64,000 nucleotides of DNA, from assembly GCA_951406725.2 (NCBI GenBank), contig OX597823.1, positions 113,646,001 to 113,710,000 of the forward strand, in the 5' to 3' direction. The translations under genes were made by a program, and so were the position numbers. Source of the DNA: Octopus vulgaris (lineage: Eukaryota). Each line of letters opens with the position of its first letter. Position 1 is the stretch's first letter. The notes beneath the pieces are model-generated. The model saw only the letters and a list, made by a program, of their open reading frames with translations. It did not search any database and was not told the origin of the DNA. Below, one piece after another: positions 14,227-28,373 of the stretch.

Positions 14227-15049
14227 CAGTAATCACTCGCAATTTCGCGGTTCACCTGTGGAGCCCTCAGTACATCACGGATTTTTCTGGCTGGTATATG
14301 TAAATATATATCGCGAACTACACAGTATATAATGAGTTTCTGCGACCGATAGATATTTACATTTTTAGATTTTAATTCACACCTAAAAATTATAAATTAA
14401 GAAATAAAAATATAGTACAGCACTTCACTGTATGACACGTTAATCAAAATATATTAAAAGAAAATGCGTAGTGTATCGTAGATGAGTAAACGAAGAATCG
14501 CACATACTGTATGGAAAGCGAAACTTGGGAGGCATGTGTGTGGTGTTGTTTTGCATTTGCGTGTAAAATTGTGAATTTCTTTCAAGCCCTACAATGTAGC
14601 CCAAGCGTTCTAAGGATTCTGGCAATGAATCTAAACGCCAGAGGAAGATGCTTACATTAGAGGTGAGATTCCTCGTCATGCTTAAGAAAGGGAGAAGGAA
14701 TGCGGGAGGGGAGAAGGTAAGCCACCAAAAGAATTTCAAAGAATGGCGGAAGATTGGGACCCTAGGTGATTCATACGTTGCAGTTAAGAAATGAAACCGT
14801 CGTATCATGAAAGTTTATAAAAAACTCTTTACACAGAAGAAAAAGCAGCGCCAACTACTGCTCTCCACTATGTCCCTCACCCGCAAAAAAAAAAAAACAG
14901 AAGACACGGGTGCTCTTAAAAATGTTGGGAGATTATATAAAAGCTTAAATGTATAAAAATAATAAAATAAATATATGCAAGGATACAGTAGTTTCAGCTA
15001 TCGAGGGAGATTTTTTAACGTAACACCTGCGATGGTCAAGGTATTACTG
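14227..15049 (+). mobile_element. Internally deleted Tigger/pogo-like DNA transposon
   Basis: TA/cagtaatcactcgcaatttcgcgg left end and inverted ...gcgatggtcaaggtattactg right end; 14594 onward reads M*PKRSKDSGNESKRQRKMLTLEVRFLVMLKKG, like the CENP-B/Tigger N-terminal HTH. Confidence 0.7.
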
Positions 15050-15155
15050 AAGAAAGCCACAGTCTACATGCACACAAACAACTAGGGAAAACGTTTTCCA
15101 CATCATTCAAATAAGTATACACATACCCGCTAACACGTACCCTGCTACACATACT

Positions 15156-15210
<55 letters not shown>

Positions 15211-15296
15211 CATATTTTGCTAAAAAAATAAAAGACGAATCAAACGTAGGCAAAAACTAGTGTATTTGTTTCATGCTCAGGAAAAATAGAACAGTG

Positions 15297-15332
15297 TTTT
15301 TACGTTTCGAGCAAACGCTCCTCGACAGAAAG
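15297..15332 (-). ncRNA. Minimal hammerhead-like motif (variant core) in PLE-type terminus
   Basis: Minus strand tttCTGTCGAgGAGCgtttGCTCGAAACGTAaaa: stem II GAGC/GCTC, GAAA, palindromic ACGT, GUA site; A6 is U. Confidence 0.5.
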
Positions 15333-15592
15333 GAATACGAGGGGAAAATGGAGATGACGAAAGAAAGAAAAACGGAGAGAAAAACTGTGGTGCAACAGGG
15401 TGGGATATATATATATATGCATTCGTGTGTGTTTGTGTGTGTGAATATATACATAACTGGAAGGACAAATCTATATTTACTTTACTAAGTATGTATATGT
15501 CAGTATTCATTGTCGATACACAGGTGCGCTATTCCCAACTCTGCCTTGCTGCTTTTACTAATTAAGTACCTGCTTCTTTAGAATCCAGAAAA

Positions 15593-15646
<54 letters not shown>

Positions 15647-15688
15647 CATGTATGTATGCATGTGTTTATATATATGTATTCATACATC

Positions 15689-15797
<109 letters not shown>

Positions 15798-16536
15798 CGA
15801 GAGAGCGAGAGAGAGAGCGAGAGAGAGAGCGAAAGAGATTGCGAGTGTGGTGTATATGCATGAATTTACCTGAATTGAGTTTTATTCGGTAAGGTGTCGT
15901 TGTATTGTGAATGATGGAAAGATATGAGTCTCTCCTCTGATATTGGATTGCGAATAATTCGGTAAATATAGTTAAATTTGCTAATTAACTTTACCTTTAA
16001 CAATCACAGCGTTCCAAATTACCAAGTTCTATTTCTGTAGCCTCTCTGGAATTATTTCTTTGCAGCGTATAGGTGACAGAAACTAGTGAGTTCATTAAAC
16101 GCGATGACATCAAATTGTACAAAATAATCTTTCTAGCCGCGTTAAATATACTTCTAATAAAATATTGTCTTGATGATATCAAGTCTTCACAGTAATATAG
16201 CTTATCTTGTATCAGATTGCTTTTACTAATTAAATTCTAGTGATTGTCGCTCATAATTTCTTTATTGAATTGTCATATCGTTGCAGCTAAGGTGTACATA
16301 GTGCTTTTAAATTATCGTTGTCCTAGTTCTCCGCTTCCAATTTACGACTCGATCTCAGGTTAATGTTAAATATTTTTGCTTGTATTTGTTACGATCACTA
16401 TTTGTCTTTTAACATGGGAATTTTCTTAAACTCATACATCATATATATATGCGCACGTGTCTGTGTATGTGTAAATGTTTGTAAGTATGTGTAGATTTTT
16501 AAGCATACATGTGTTTATGTGTGTCTATATCTATCG

Positions 16537-16568
<32 letters not shown>

Positions 16569-16591
16569 TATATAGGTATCTGTCTCTTTCT

Positions 16592-16876
<285 letters not shown>

Positions 16877-16877
16877 T

Positions 16878-16912
<35 letters not shown>

Positions 16913-16989
16913 GTATACATGTAAGTATCTAAATATATATTTAGAATTACAAGTATAAAATTATCCGTACATAGCTATTCATATGAAAT

Positions 16990-17200
16990 ATGAATGAAGA
17001 ATTTATTATTCAGAAAAATGTTCCACATACTTAATTGAAACCTGATTAGAATTAGATTTCGAATCATAGCCGCGAGACCTAAAATGCTCGATACTTTACA
17101 CATACATCACGGCAAGAATGGGTAGTGTAAATAAATAATTCACACTATTATGACAAATGTCCTTAATATAATGAGAACGTACCCTCTCCGCATAAACAAC
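16990..17200 (+). mobile_element. Penelope-like element C-terminus plus degenerate hammerhead
   Basis: EEFIIQKNVP..LN* (GIY-YIG C-terminal E..FI...P.LN pattern) followed directly by cCTGATtA-gaa-ttagat-ttc-GAAtC. Confidence 0.45.
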
Positions 17201-17225
17201 GTCAATACATATATACATACATACA

Positions 17226-17257
<32 letters not shown>

Positions 17258-17272
17258 CACATATATATGTAC

Positions 17273-17336
<64 letters not shown>

Positions 17337-17639
17337 GTATATATATACATATGTATATGTATATATATATATATATATATACATATATATACATGTATGT
17401 ATGTATATATATATATATATATAATATTGTTTTGTTGCTCATTGTTACAATAATTTCAATGCATTTGTTTTCCTTCGCCTGGCCTTATTTTACATATTTT
17501 ATTTTGTAACACTTTTATTTTGATACAGAAAAATTACTTTAGGTAATCTGAATAATTTTAAGAAATTTGAAGGATTCCAATTAAGACATATTCCATTTTA
17601 TTTCTTTCATTAGAGCATTTTTGTGTATTTTTAAATATT

Positions 17640-17945
17640 TTACAACAGGTGCAATGGAAAAAGAAAAACACAAAGGCGTTTTTTGAAATCGATACCTTAT
17701 GAGCTATTTCTATTTTCATTTTTATAATGCAAAGTAGATACAAGACAAAGCACAATGCTGGTCATAAATACCGTATTCAATTCAAAATAGAAAAATTATA
17801 TGAGATTAGTTATACTGGTTCCCCGCCAAAAATATTGATAAGAGTACTCAGAATAATAACGTTTCAAAAAAGAAAACGCAAATATGATTTCGAATTGTGT
17901 ATTAAGAAAATGCTTACAGCAAAAATTTCTTGCACTGAAATTTAA
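17640..17945 (+). mobile_element. Possible Neptune-type Penelope-like remnant (RT to GIY-YIG linker)
   Basis: KHNAGHKYRIQFKIEKLYEISYTGSP resembles KHF..HK..KIFN...K.SYSCMPN. Confidence 0.35.
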
Positions 17946-18789
17946 AAACAGAAAATACAATTTTCTATTTATCTAGAACTGGACTGAAAAGCCGAGCTGC
18001 AAAAAAAAGAAAACAAGCAGTAGCATCAGGAATATTTTATCATCCGTTTATTTGTAATTTTGTAGTTTAAGATTAAGTGCACAAAATAAAAGATACATGA
18101 ACCAAAATATGAAGAAATTACGATACGTGGGAAGGAAATATTAGTGTGTGATCGAAAATTCTCTTCGTACAGCATTAGGTTCACACTCTCTCTCCCCCCT
18201 CCCCCTCTCTCTAATACCTCCCCCTCTCCTACCTCCCTCCTCTCTCTCTCTTTAAGACATTCATATGGTTGTTCTCGTATCTCTTTAAGATTGTTGTCAT
18301 TGAACTGCGTGGACATTAGCAATTGCCTCTTGCAAGGCCTATATTTGTTCGCATTGACCTCCGTAGTTATTGACCTCATTAGTTTCATCGCCAGTCTACT
18401 ATTTTGGCGTTACATTAACATCAATGAAACGATTCCGCATTTGACCTTATCACACGCACTAGCATATGACCACATGCTTACATGCATATATACACACTGT
18501 CTCTCTCTCTTTCTCTCTTTTTCTCTTTCTATTTCTCTCTCTCTCTCTCTGTCACACACATACATGCAGACATTCATGCATATGTATAAGCATCTTTATG
18601 TGAGTCTGTGCGTATATATATTTTATGTGTGTGTATGTGTGTGTGTATATGTATGTATGCGTGTGTATGTGTATGTGTGTCTGAGAGAGAGCGAGGGAGA
18701 GATGGCTAGGGAGAGAGAGTCTGTGCACGCGTGCCTGCAAGCCATGTATGTTTTCGTATTTCCCTTTTTAATTTAGAGCAAATTTTGAC

Positions 18790-21120
18790 TAGTCACCTAC
18801 CTGGTGGCAAGGTTGTGAAGAAAAGCATCCCTTTTTAACTATCATCCATTAAATCATAAGGTCTTGTAGATTTCACAGTCCCATACATCGTGATCATTCG
18901 TAGCATATTAATTAATTGTGTTCTCGTCTGCAAGATCCCAAGTTCAACCATACTTTGCTCCAGATGAGCTGCTTGCTCCAATAATAGATATGAAGCTTAT
19001 TGTGTATTTTGCGTGCTGGATTTGTGCCCCCTTATAAAATGTCCATAGACGTTTCTCTTTCTGTTGTATTTTTCTTATCAAATTGTTGTCCGGTGGACAG
19101 CTGAGTTCCGCTACTTTTCTTTGTGGTTCTATACAACGATGTCTGCCTAGTTGTGCTTTAACTTGCTGGCTGTTTTAGCATTTAAGTTCCGCCACTAGTC
19201 TTTTGCCGCATCAGTCTCAATATGGTCAACTTCTTCATGAGAAGAAAATATCTGGAAGGCATTCTCTCACAGCTCGAAATAATGAGGTTGGTGTCTCCAG
19301 TCTTGGTCTTGCACAGCCTACATTTTTATTTGTCAACATTTCCTGTCTTTTATGCTTTATGTAGTTGGTGTGGATCTCTTACCCTTGGATTGCATCGATG
19401 TAGTCTTCGAAGTGGGATGTCAAACAATTGTCGGTACTCCATGCCAAGCTATTGACATGATCATTCCCCTCTATGAGTTGTGTTTTACGTGTCAAGTACA
19501 CATGTACTATCTTTCCTGATAAAAAGATTTTAAGAATGCTCCTTTTAGTCATATCTGTATCAACTTTTATTTTATACTGCTCCTCAAGTTAATAAGATAT
19601 TGTAATTATGATGTTGATTTTATAGTCACAAACTTCTGCTGCAGACCTTCTTTCAAAGTCACAATACGTGCTGTATATGATACCAACTTAGATTTGAGAT
19701 CAAGCTACCATTTTTGCTGTGGGAAGTATAAGCGTGTCTACATCTCCATTGATGATGAAGTTACCTGTAACACTGTCCTCTTGTATTAATCAGTTCCGAA
19801 GGGCAAATGCAGGTGTGAAGACAGGCACTGCAAAGGTATTGTGCTTCTCGTAAACTAAAAATTCTGATGAGCATAAATATCTGGCTCTCCTTCGGGATTA
19901 ATTCCTGGTCCTCTCCTTATTTATGAGTCCGCCATATCTAACAGTCTGATCTTGTCCAAAATACATATAATTGTCACCCAAATGTAGAGGCTATACTGTC
20001 AAGCCGTTCATTCTTAGGTCTTCAGAGGAGGGCACAACTTTTCCACTTTTATTGTTAAAAATGCATATTTAGATTAATCAAATTTCATGGCAATTTTTGT
20101 AGAAAATTGGCTTTTAATGTTCAATTCTTTTATATGGTCGATATTTGAACCATAAATGTTCAGGTAATCGACAAAGAAAAGATGGGAAATATTTCGGGAT
20201 TCATTTCTATGGTCACTATATTTTGTGAGTGGGTATGATAGTGGATTGAATGACAGGACAAAAATCAATACTGACAGGCTATCACCCTAAGAAACGTATT
20301 TTTGGTCGTGATTTCTATGCAACTCAATTTGCTCCTTATCACTCCTAGGGAACAAAATGGTATATCAAGTCTTTCTCGGAAGTTCAATAGCAATAGCGGT
20401 TGTGAAACTTTGGCTAACTGCAAAAGTTAAGTTTTGATAATCCACTCATATAGTATACTATTAGAAGCTTTCTGGTGGCCCGACGACAATACTACGGTTA
20501 AATTCTTGCGATTTTCTACTGTTTCGTTTTCTTTCTTGGATCAATTTGTTGATTACTTGTTGCTGTATAAAGCCCCACACCCCCTTCTTTCCTCCAGCAT
20601 GGTCACGTGTAATTTGATTGGTTTCACAATGATCCTGCAAAAGCAAATTGTGACATTCAATATATAATTTGTTCACGATACTTTGGCAGGTTATTGCATG
20701 GTAATACTTAGCAAGGCTTGGTTTGGTTACTTTGGGGTAGGAGGAGATTAGTTGCAGTTGATAAGCATTGGAGTAGTTCTTGTGTGCCCTTGATACTGTC
20801 TCCATACAACCATACGATAAATAATTTATTTCCCTTTCTCTGGTTTGTTTAAATCGGAGGCCATGTTGTTGAATTGCGGTAGTATTCGGCTTAGTGTTGT
20901 CTGTTTATTCGAAGCTAACGGAAGAAAGTTGAACGTTAGTTTACGAAAAACATTTTTTTTCCCAGCGTTAATTGGTATTTCAGATATTTCAATATCTGGA
21001 ATATCTGGTCTCTTTAGCTCTGTCTAGTGTAAAGTGCAAAATCATATCTTTGATGAATTTCTTCTTGAATATCATCTTTCGAAAGTCTCTAATAATTGAC
21101 GCTGGATTTTAGTTTTCTTT
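18790..21120 (-). mobile_element. Decayed R4/NeSL-like (RLE endonuclease) non-LTR retrotransposon
   Basis: Minus-strand motifs DHAGGKKGVWG..QQVINK, HQKASNSILYEWI, *GDSLSVLIFVLSFNPLS, ISHLFFVDYLNIYG and KHN*ADIV (HNRPDIV-like RLE). Confidence 0.75.
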
Positions 21121-21139
21121 CTATAAATAAAAGGTACAT

Positions 21140-21196
<57 letters not shown>

Positions 21197-21342
21197 TATG
21201 TGAAATAGAAAGATGAATAATCTTGTAGTAGATTAATCAAAAGTTTAACCGATACCTTGGTAGCAAAAATCACAGCAGTAAACAGCACGGTTGGAGGTAC
21301 AACCATATGGTGTTGCAACCGTGCGTTGGTGCGGATAATTGA

Positions 21343-21673
21343 AATAAAATATTATTGGTGACTTGAAGAAATGGAGCTGAACGCAGATTGAACAGAAATC
21401 GTTTTATTTCATTCTACACGTAAAGGCACAATTTACCAAAATCCGATTGAATAATGGGACCATATTGTTCTTTTCTTCAGGAAGAAATAGAAATCCGTTG
21501 GAAAAAACGTTTTTTCCAACGGATTTCCTATTTCTTCCTGAAGAGAAAGACACAATATAGTCCCATTATTCAATCGGAAATTGTGCCTTTCGAAACACGT
21601 AGAATGAAATAAAACGATTTCTGTTCAATCTGCGTTCAGCTCCATTTCTTCAATTCACCAATAATATTTTATT
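21343..21673. repeat. About 330-bp loopless palindrome (inverted PLE termini)
   Basis: Arms of about 165 bp, centre aaaaaac/gtttttt at 21508/21509; few indels between arms. Confidence 0.95.
21529..21611 (+). ncRNA. Type I hammerhead ribozyme motif
   Basis: tatttcttc-CTGAAGA-gaaagacacaat...attgtgcctttc-GAAA-Cac-GTA-gaatgaaata: full core, long stem II closed by G-C, 9-bp stem I with one bulge, AATAAA downstream. Confidence 0.7.
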
Positions 21674-21689
21674 ATATATATATATATAT

Positions 21690-22039
21690 GTAAATAAATG
21701 GAATTGAATGCAGATGCTATTCAAATTCTTTTACTTTCGACATATGTTTCGACGATAACATTGGTTTTATTCCAAAGGAATAAACGGTGTAAAATGCAAT
21801 CCTCTCATCCAAAATTGTTATAATGTCTTGTTGTTGAGATAGGCTCTCTTTCTTTCCCGATGAGAAATATTTTCGGCATTAGAATTTATTTGGCATTAGA
21901 ATTTCTTCTTTTGCCCTTGTTTATAAATTTAACCTTTAAAGGTAATTATGTCATTCACAACATATTTATATGCATTATTTATACAAACACAAATATACAC
22001 ACACATACACGCACACACATACACCCGCCTACATACACC

Positions 22040-22106
<67 letters not shown>

Positions 22107-22410
22107 AATATAGGATCAAATTGATTCGAAAAAAAATTTATCAATGGCCAGCATATTAAAATATACCTTTAAAGGTTAAATTTATAAACAAGGGCAAAAA
22201 GAAAAAATTCTAATGCCAAATATGCCGAAAATATTTCTCATCAGGAAAGAAAGAGAGCCTATATAGACAACAAGACATTAAAACAATTTTGGATGAGAGG
22301 ATTGCATTTTACACCGTTTATTCCTTTGAATAAAACCAATATTGTCTTCGAAACGTATGTCGAAAGTAAAAGAATTTGAATAGCATCTGCGTTCAATTCC
22401 GTTTATTTAC
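21690..22410. repeat. Inverted repeat with about 250-bp arms and a microsatellite-containing spacer (PLE-derived)
   Basis: 21690-21944 is the reverse complement of 22164-22410; each arm holds GATGA-gaggattgc...-GAAAC(a/g)tatGTC-gaaag. Confidence 0.9.
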
Positions 22411-22428
22411 ACATATATATATATATAT

Positions 22429-22461
<33 letters not shown>

Positions 22462-22479
22462 CAGATATATATATATATA

Positions 22480-22670
<191 letters not shown>

Positions 22671-23707
22671 CACACACACGTTTCTGTGGATATGTGGATG
22701 AGTACTATTAAAATAGTAAGATATAAACAAAATAATGCCTCATAATTGCTTGAAAGTTTACTTCCCATTTAAATGTATATATGTGGCTATATTTGCAGAC
22801 ATCTGTATGGGATTGTGTGTACGCATTTGAGTCTTATTTGTGATATTTATTTATTTTCTTGTTTTCACGATTTTCTATTGTTTTAGCTAAACCTCTTAAA
22901 AATGTGGAATTTTACGAAACAAATAATCCTAATGAAACGAGGCTTTATATAAATACTTCGATTGTTTGGGCGTTGATGGTTTTAACTTCATGGAAATTAT
23001 TTTCTCTCTTAAGAATCTATTCTCGAAACATTAAGAAAATAAAAATTGTAAAAATCTATGAAAACTACAATCGTTATTCAATGATAAATATCTTAGGTAA
23101 TCATGTCTTATAGTATATCTCTAGATTTTATCTAATAGTTTTCTCATCTTCTCACGGAATTCCGAACGACGTATTATTTCCCTCTGAAACTATTTTGACT
23201 TAAGGCAAGATTTATTCGGCTAGAAAATAAATTTTACTTACTATATCATGAAGTAAATCCTAACTTGCATACTTACATACAAATCTTTCTGTCTGTTCTT
23301 TATCCCCCTAAGCTATATATTTATATCTATCTATCTATCTAAATATATATATATATATATATTGCAAAACTTCAGAAGATTTCAGAATTATTACTCGTAA
23401 ATAAAATATATATTTCATTTAATAATTCCTTGTACATTGTAGTTTGGTAGTTCTTCATTTCCTACAAGCAAACAAGTAATGTTGCTATGGTAAGTCGGAC
23501 TTCTGGGTAGGACAATAATCTATTAATACATATTTTATATAAAAACAGGCAAAATGTCTCGATACCATTCATTAAATCCCAATATTCTATGAAACATATA
23601 TTTGTGAAACTTTACTGAAAAGTCGATGTGTTAATGCGTTTTATTTCGTTTTTTTTTTCACTGCAGAATGACTATTTTGTGAAGAATATATGTTAATTTA
23701 TTTCTAA

Positions 23708-24104
23708 CTAGCAGTATCGCCCGGCGTTGCTCGGGTTTGTAAGGGAAATAACTATATAAGCATTTTTAGAGAGTTATAGCCAAAAAATAGCAATAAAATG
23801 CAATAAAAATGGAAAAAATGATGGTAATTTTTTTTTTTAATCATTGACTCATCGTAGACATTTTAGAGAGTTACTTGCCTTATATAATAGCGAAAAAATG
23901 CATTAAAAATGGGAAAAATTGATGGTAATTTTTTTTAAATCGTAGACTCATCGTAGACGCGCGCTAATACCCAGAAGGGCTCGATATGAATCACGTCTAT
24001 AAGATACCCGGTTTTGGTTAAACTGCACCGCAAAATGTGGGAGTAGTTAGGAATCTAAATCGTAGGAGACAGACAACACACAACCTCACTTTTATATATA
24101 TAGA
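23708..24104 (-). mobile_element. Non-autonomous Helitron (397 bp)
   Basis: Minus strand A/TCTATATA... start, subterminal hairpin CCCGagcaacgcCGGG, CTAG/T end (A-T target, no TSD); internal duplication of about 100 bp. Confidence 0.85.
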
Positions 24105-24884
24105 TATCCATTGTTAAAATATCATGATTAATTTTAAAGTTGCTATATTTTTACTGCTTCTTTTAAAACCCTGGATCGACCAGCTGAAAGTAAATCAATG
24201 ATATAAACCATCTCAACAAAACGTTGAACAAAAAATGTGGTTTTATTCGTATTTAAAACTTTTTGAAGTCCTTCAGGAAATTTCGGCTGTTATTTCTGGA
24301 ATATCGTACGGCAGTGTAGCAGTTTGCTCAGTGGTTCGGTTTCTAAAACTTTAATTAACCTCGTTTTACCTGTCCATGTATAATGTAGAGACTAACATTA
24401 CTGAGGATAATGCAAATATATATATATGTATATATATATGTATGTATGTATGTATATATGGAAAATATGTTAACGTCAGATTATCACCACAAGTGATATT
24501 GAATGTTTCAGGATCTTACCCCTCGTCAAAGGGTGGGAGAAGTGCTGATGATAGAATTTCTCCATAAGAGAAAACGACGAAGTGAAGAATGAAGACACAG
24601 TGTGTGCTTTCATCTGGCAAGAAAAGAACATTCCGAAATATGACAATATCTGTTTCAACACGCGATTTCACATCAAGATTCCTTCAAAACAAATGTATAA
24701 ACTGAATTTTAAAAAATATTTAGTTTTCGGTATATGGTAGCATCTCTTCTATGATAAACAATGACACACAGGGTTAATCTCTCTGCCGCCATCATTTCAA
24801 TCGCCATTTCTCGTATGACTTATTTAGATCTTTATAGACGAACATCACAATTTTTTTACATCATGAAGAGCACCTTATTATTTC

Positions 24885-25155
24885 TGCTGTAGGCACAAGG
24901 CCTTGCAAATTTTAGGGAGAAGGGGACTAGTCGATTATATCGACTCCATTTTGTAACTGGTACTTATTTCATCGATACCGAAAGGACGAAAGACAAAGTT
25001 GACCTCGGTGGAATTTGAAATCAGAACGTAGCGGCAGACGAAATACCTATTTCTCTACTACACACAAGGGGCTAAACACAGAGGAGACAAACAAGGACAG
25101 ACTTACGGATTAAGTCGGTTATATTGACCCCAGTGCGTAACTGGTACTTAATTTA
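24885..25155 (-). mobile_element. SINE family B, two partial copies in tandem
   Basis: Reverse complement of gcctttcatcctttcggggtcgat..aagtaccagttac seen at 38537-38580; aactggtactta occurs twice. Confidence 0.75.
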
Positions 25156-25270
25156 TCTCTTGCAACACTACTTGATGATTATCTGTTCTAGGTTTGTGGC
25201 AGCATTTTATCGACCATTATATATACACCTGCTCAACACACACACATATACATATTATATACATATATAC

Positions 25271-25325
<55 letters not shown>

Positions 25326-27937
25326 TATATACATATATATGTTTACACATTCACACACACACATATATATATATCTATATATTTCATAGTTTATGAACAA
25401 TGCCAGGTTATACACCCTATTAACTATGAATAAACTCGGTAGCGATAAATGTTACATTTAAATATATGACTCTAGATTTGTTAACCTATTGCGAGTTGTT
25501 TATGTCAGTGAATATTATTATAACATAAATTTGATGTATTCTCTGTAAAATTTGACGGAAGATAGATCATTATGCTAAATCAATGTTCTTTCTTAGCATT
25601 CCAGATGAAGATAGAAACACTTGTTGTAAGTTATTAATTATACACTAAAAGTGTTGTTTAGGAAATATTCCTTAGATTTCCGTTGATTCATAACAAAGTA
25701 AAAAAAAAACAATGTGTTTTCGAAGATCTTCGTTTTTATAGCAATTTTGTGGTCGTTATTAAATATTCAGAATAAACACTTCTCTGTGTAGCATGTTTCC
25801 AACACAACAAAGGATTTTAACTAACCTTTTATTGTATCATTAGAAATTTAAACTGCTTCAGAGGCAAAACAACTACTAAATAATATTTTAATCATATCAG
25901 GGAAGCACATTTTTGTGATGTGTTATAAATATTGCATTGAAGCTGACAAAAAATGGGAACAACTTTTCAAAACTCATTTCCTTTTATAATGAATGCATTT
26001 GTAATGCATTCACAGCTTTCATAAATGAAACGGAAACGACAAGCCGCCATTGTAATTGTTGCAGCTGATTTAAGATTTCCCAGATACATTTTTTTCATAT
26101 CGGTGACTGCGAGGTGAGGAAACTAGAATATTTCAGAATTATTGTATAAATATTCACAAAACTCACTCAGAGTGATGGGAAAATGTAATTTATTTGAAAA
26201 AGAAACAAACATGTAGTATCTTTAAATTTCTTGTAACTGTTTAGTAAATGCTAACTTAATTACTATCTAAGGTAGATGCTTGAATTGGCGAATAAAATAA
26301 GAGCATTGATTTGAACTTTCACCGATAATATATTAGTTTTATTTAATTCATAGCCTATACACTGCAACACACATAGACACATAGACACATACACATACAC
26401 ACACCCTATTTTAATATATTTCCGTTAATCACGTTAACATTTCCATATATTAGCATCGTCTCCTATCCATCTAGTACCAATAATCAATGACCTTTTAGAA
26501 GAATATTCAATTGCCAATATAATAATTTCTTTATGAAATGAAATTAATATGAGCATATTTCTATAGAGTTCGTGAGATTTCCATAGTTCTGGGCGGAGAA
26601 TGTTCACTCCTTCCCAACATTCCTCGAAAAATCACATTTATTCTTCTATAACAGAAATCTGTTGCTTACAGCAATGAACTATATTTTCATGTATGTTATT
26701 TTTTCTTGAGATTTTTCTTTTTTATCGCAGCAAAAGTCGTTAGAGAACTTTACATTCACAATTTCCTATCACGCATTTAGAATATTCCATCAACTTCTAA
26801 ACAAGTAAGTAAATATATTGAAGTATCAATGCACGTAACCTTAATTCTTAAACGTATTTAATTTAAGAATTATGACTTTTGATAAATGAATTCAGCAAGA
26901 GATGAACTTCAAAGAAACCAATGATGGAATGTGTTTCAATCCTAGAAAGGCACTACTTGACCCCGAACTTTTCTGAACTATTAAGAATAACACAGATTTC
27001 TGTTTCCGATCTAGAAATGATGAACACTTCTTAACTGCTGCTTAAAATTCAATATTGAATTTTTTTACTTGATCATTTTAGAATGGGGTTAAGAATGTTG
27101 ATTAAACGTGACCTGGTCATTTTCTTGCAGAAAACAACCCAATCACACACAAATCACAATCTACTAAGGTTAGAAATAGAATGATATTGCATAGATGATT
27201 CTTGGTCGCAGGCAAAGATGGTGTTATCGCTATTGAAACACCTTTAGTCATGTTTCTCCTCCATTCAGTGCTGATATGGAAGCAAACGTCATCTCTCTAA
27301 ATTTTGACTTGAAATCTCCAAACTAGGTTCCATATTGGCCAGTTATCCATTTCTAGAGGTTGCAATGATTTCCAGAATAGTATTGGTAATCGATTCAGTT
27401 GAAGTAGTTCATAGTCAAAGTTTTAATTTTCGGTCATATCTAAAATCCATATTTTTGTTCGTGCTTTAATAATTTTGAACAAAACGTGAGCCTAATGTGA
27501 TTTAAATATGCGCCTAAATTGCATTTCATTACATTTCTACTTTTATTACCCACCAAGAAAAAAGCTACTTCGGAGACATCTTTCACAATGGTTTCCTGTT
27601 GAATTAGAATACTATTTTAATTACAATGAGCTTTCTGGTCCTGTGCCAAAAATTGAAATCAATTTAAATTGGTTTTGATGCGTATTGAAAGGCGGATGCG
27701 AAATTCTCATGTCCTCCTCTGCGGGATGTCGGGGATTAGTGGATAAAAAGACAGAAAATCCATGATTCATGGCTTGCTGTGGTAGGAAGCAGAGTATAAA
27801 AATACTGAGCTATTATTAGGTCTCAGACTCGAGGAGAATACTAGTGGCAGAATGGATTCTGTAAAAAACACCGAACGCATTGGTGGGGATGTTAAGACAA
27901 AGGAAGTATTAAGTCTTTTATCAAAGAAATTCAAATA

Positions 27938-28153
27938 TACTCTATACTCTTTTTACTTGTTTTTGTCATTTGACTGCGGTCATGCTGGAGCACCGCCTTT
28001 AGTCGAGAAGATCGACTCCAGGACTTATCCATTGTAAGCCTACTACATATTCTATCGTCTGTTTTGCCGAACCACTAAGTTACGGGGGCATAAACACACC
28101 AGCATCGGTTGTCAAGCGATGTTGGGGGAACAAACACAAACACACAAACACAT

Positions 28154-28208
<55 letters not shown>

Positions 28209-28373
28209 TACGACGGGCTTCTTTCAGTTTCCGTCTACCAAATCCACTCACAAGGCTTTGGTCAGCCCGAGGCTATAGTAGGAGACACTTGCCCAAGGTG
28301 CCACGCAGTGGAAATGATCCCGGAACAATGTGGCTGGTAAGCAATCTACTTACCACACAGCCACTACTGCGCC
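27938..28373 (-). mobile_element. SINE family A, full length with internal (TA)/(TG) microsatellite
   Basis: tRNA-like head ggcgcagtagtggctgtgtggtaag; near-collinear with 36490-36915 and 49655-50081. Confidence 0.9.

Noticed and set aside
24544-24580. CTGATGA matches here and at about 19864, 28874 (-), 33184 and 56647
   Set aside because: No stem II plus GAAA plus NUH arrangement; expected by chance
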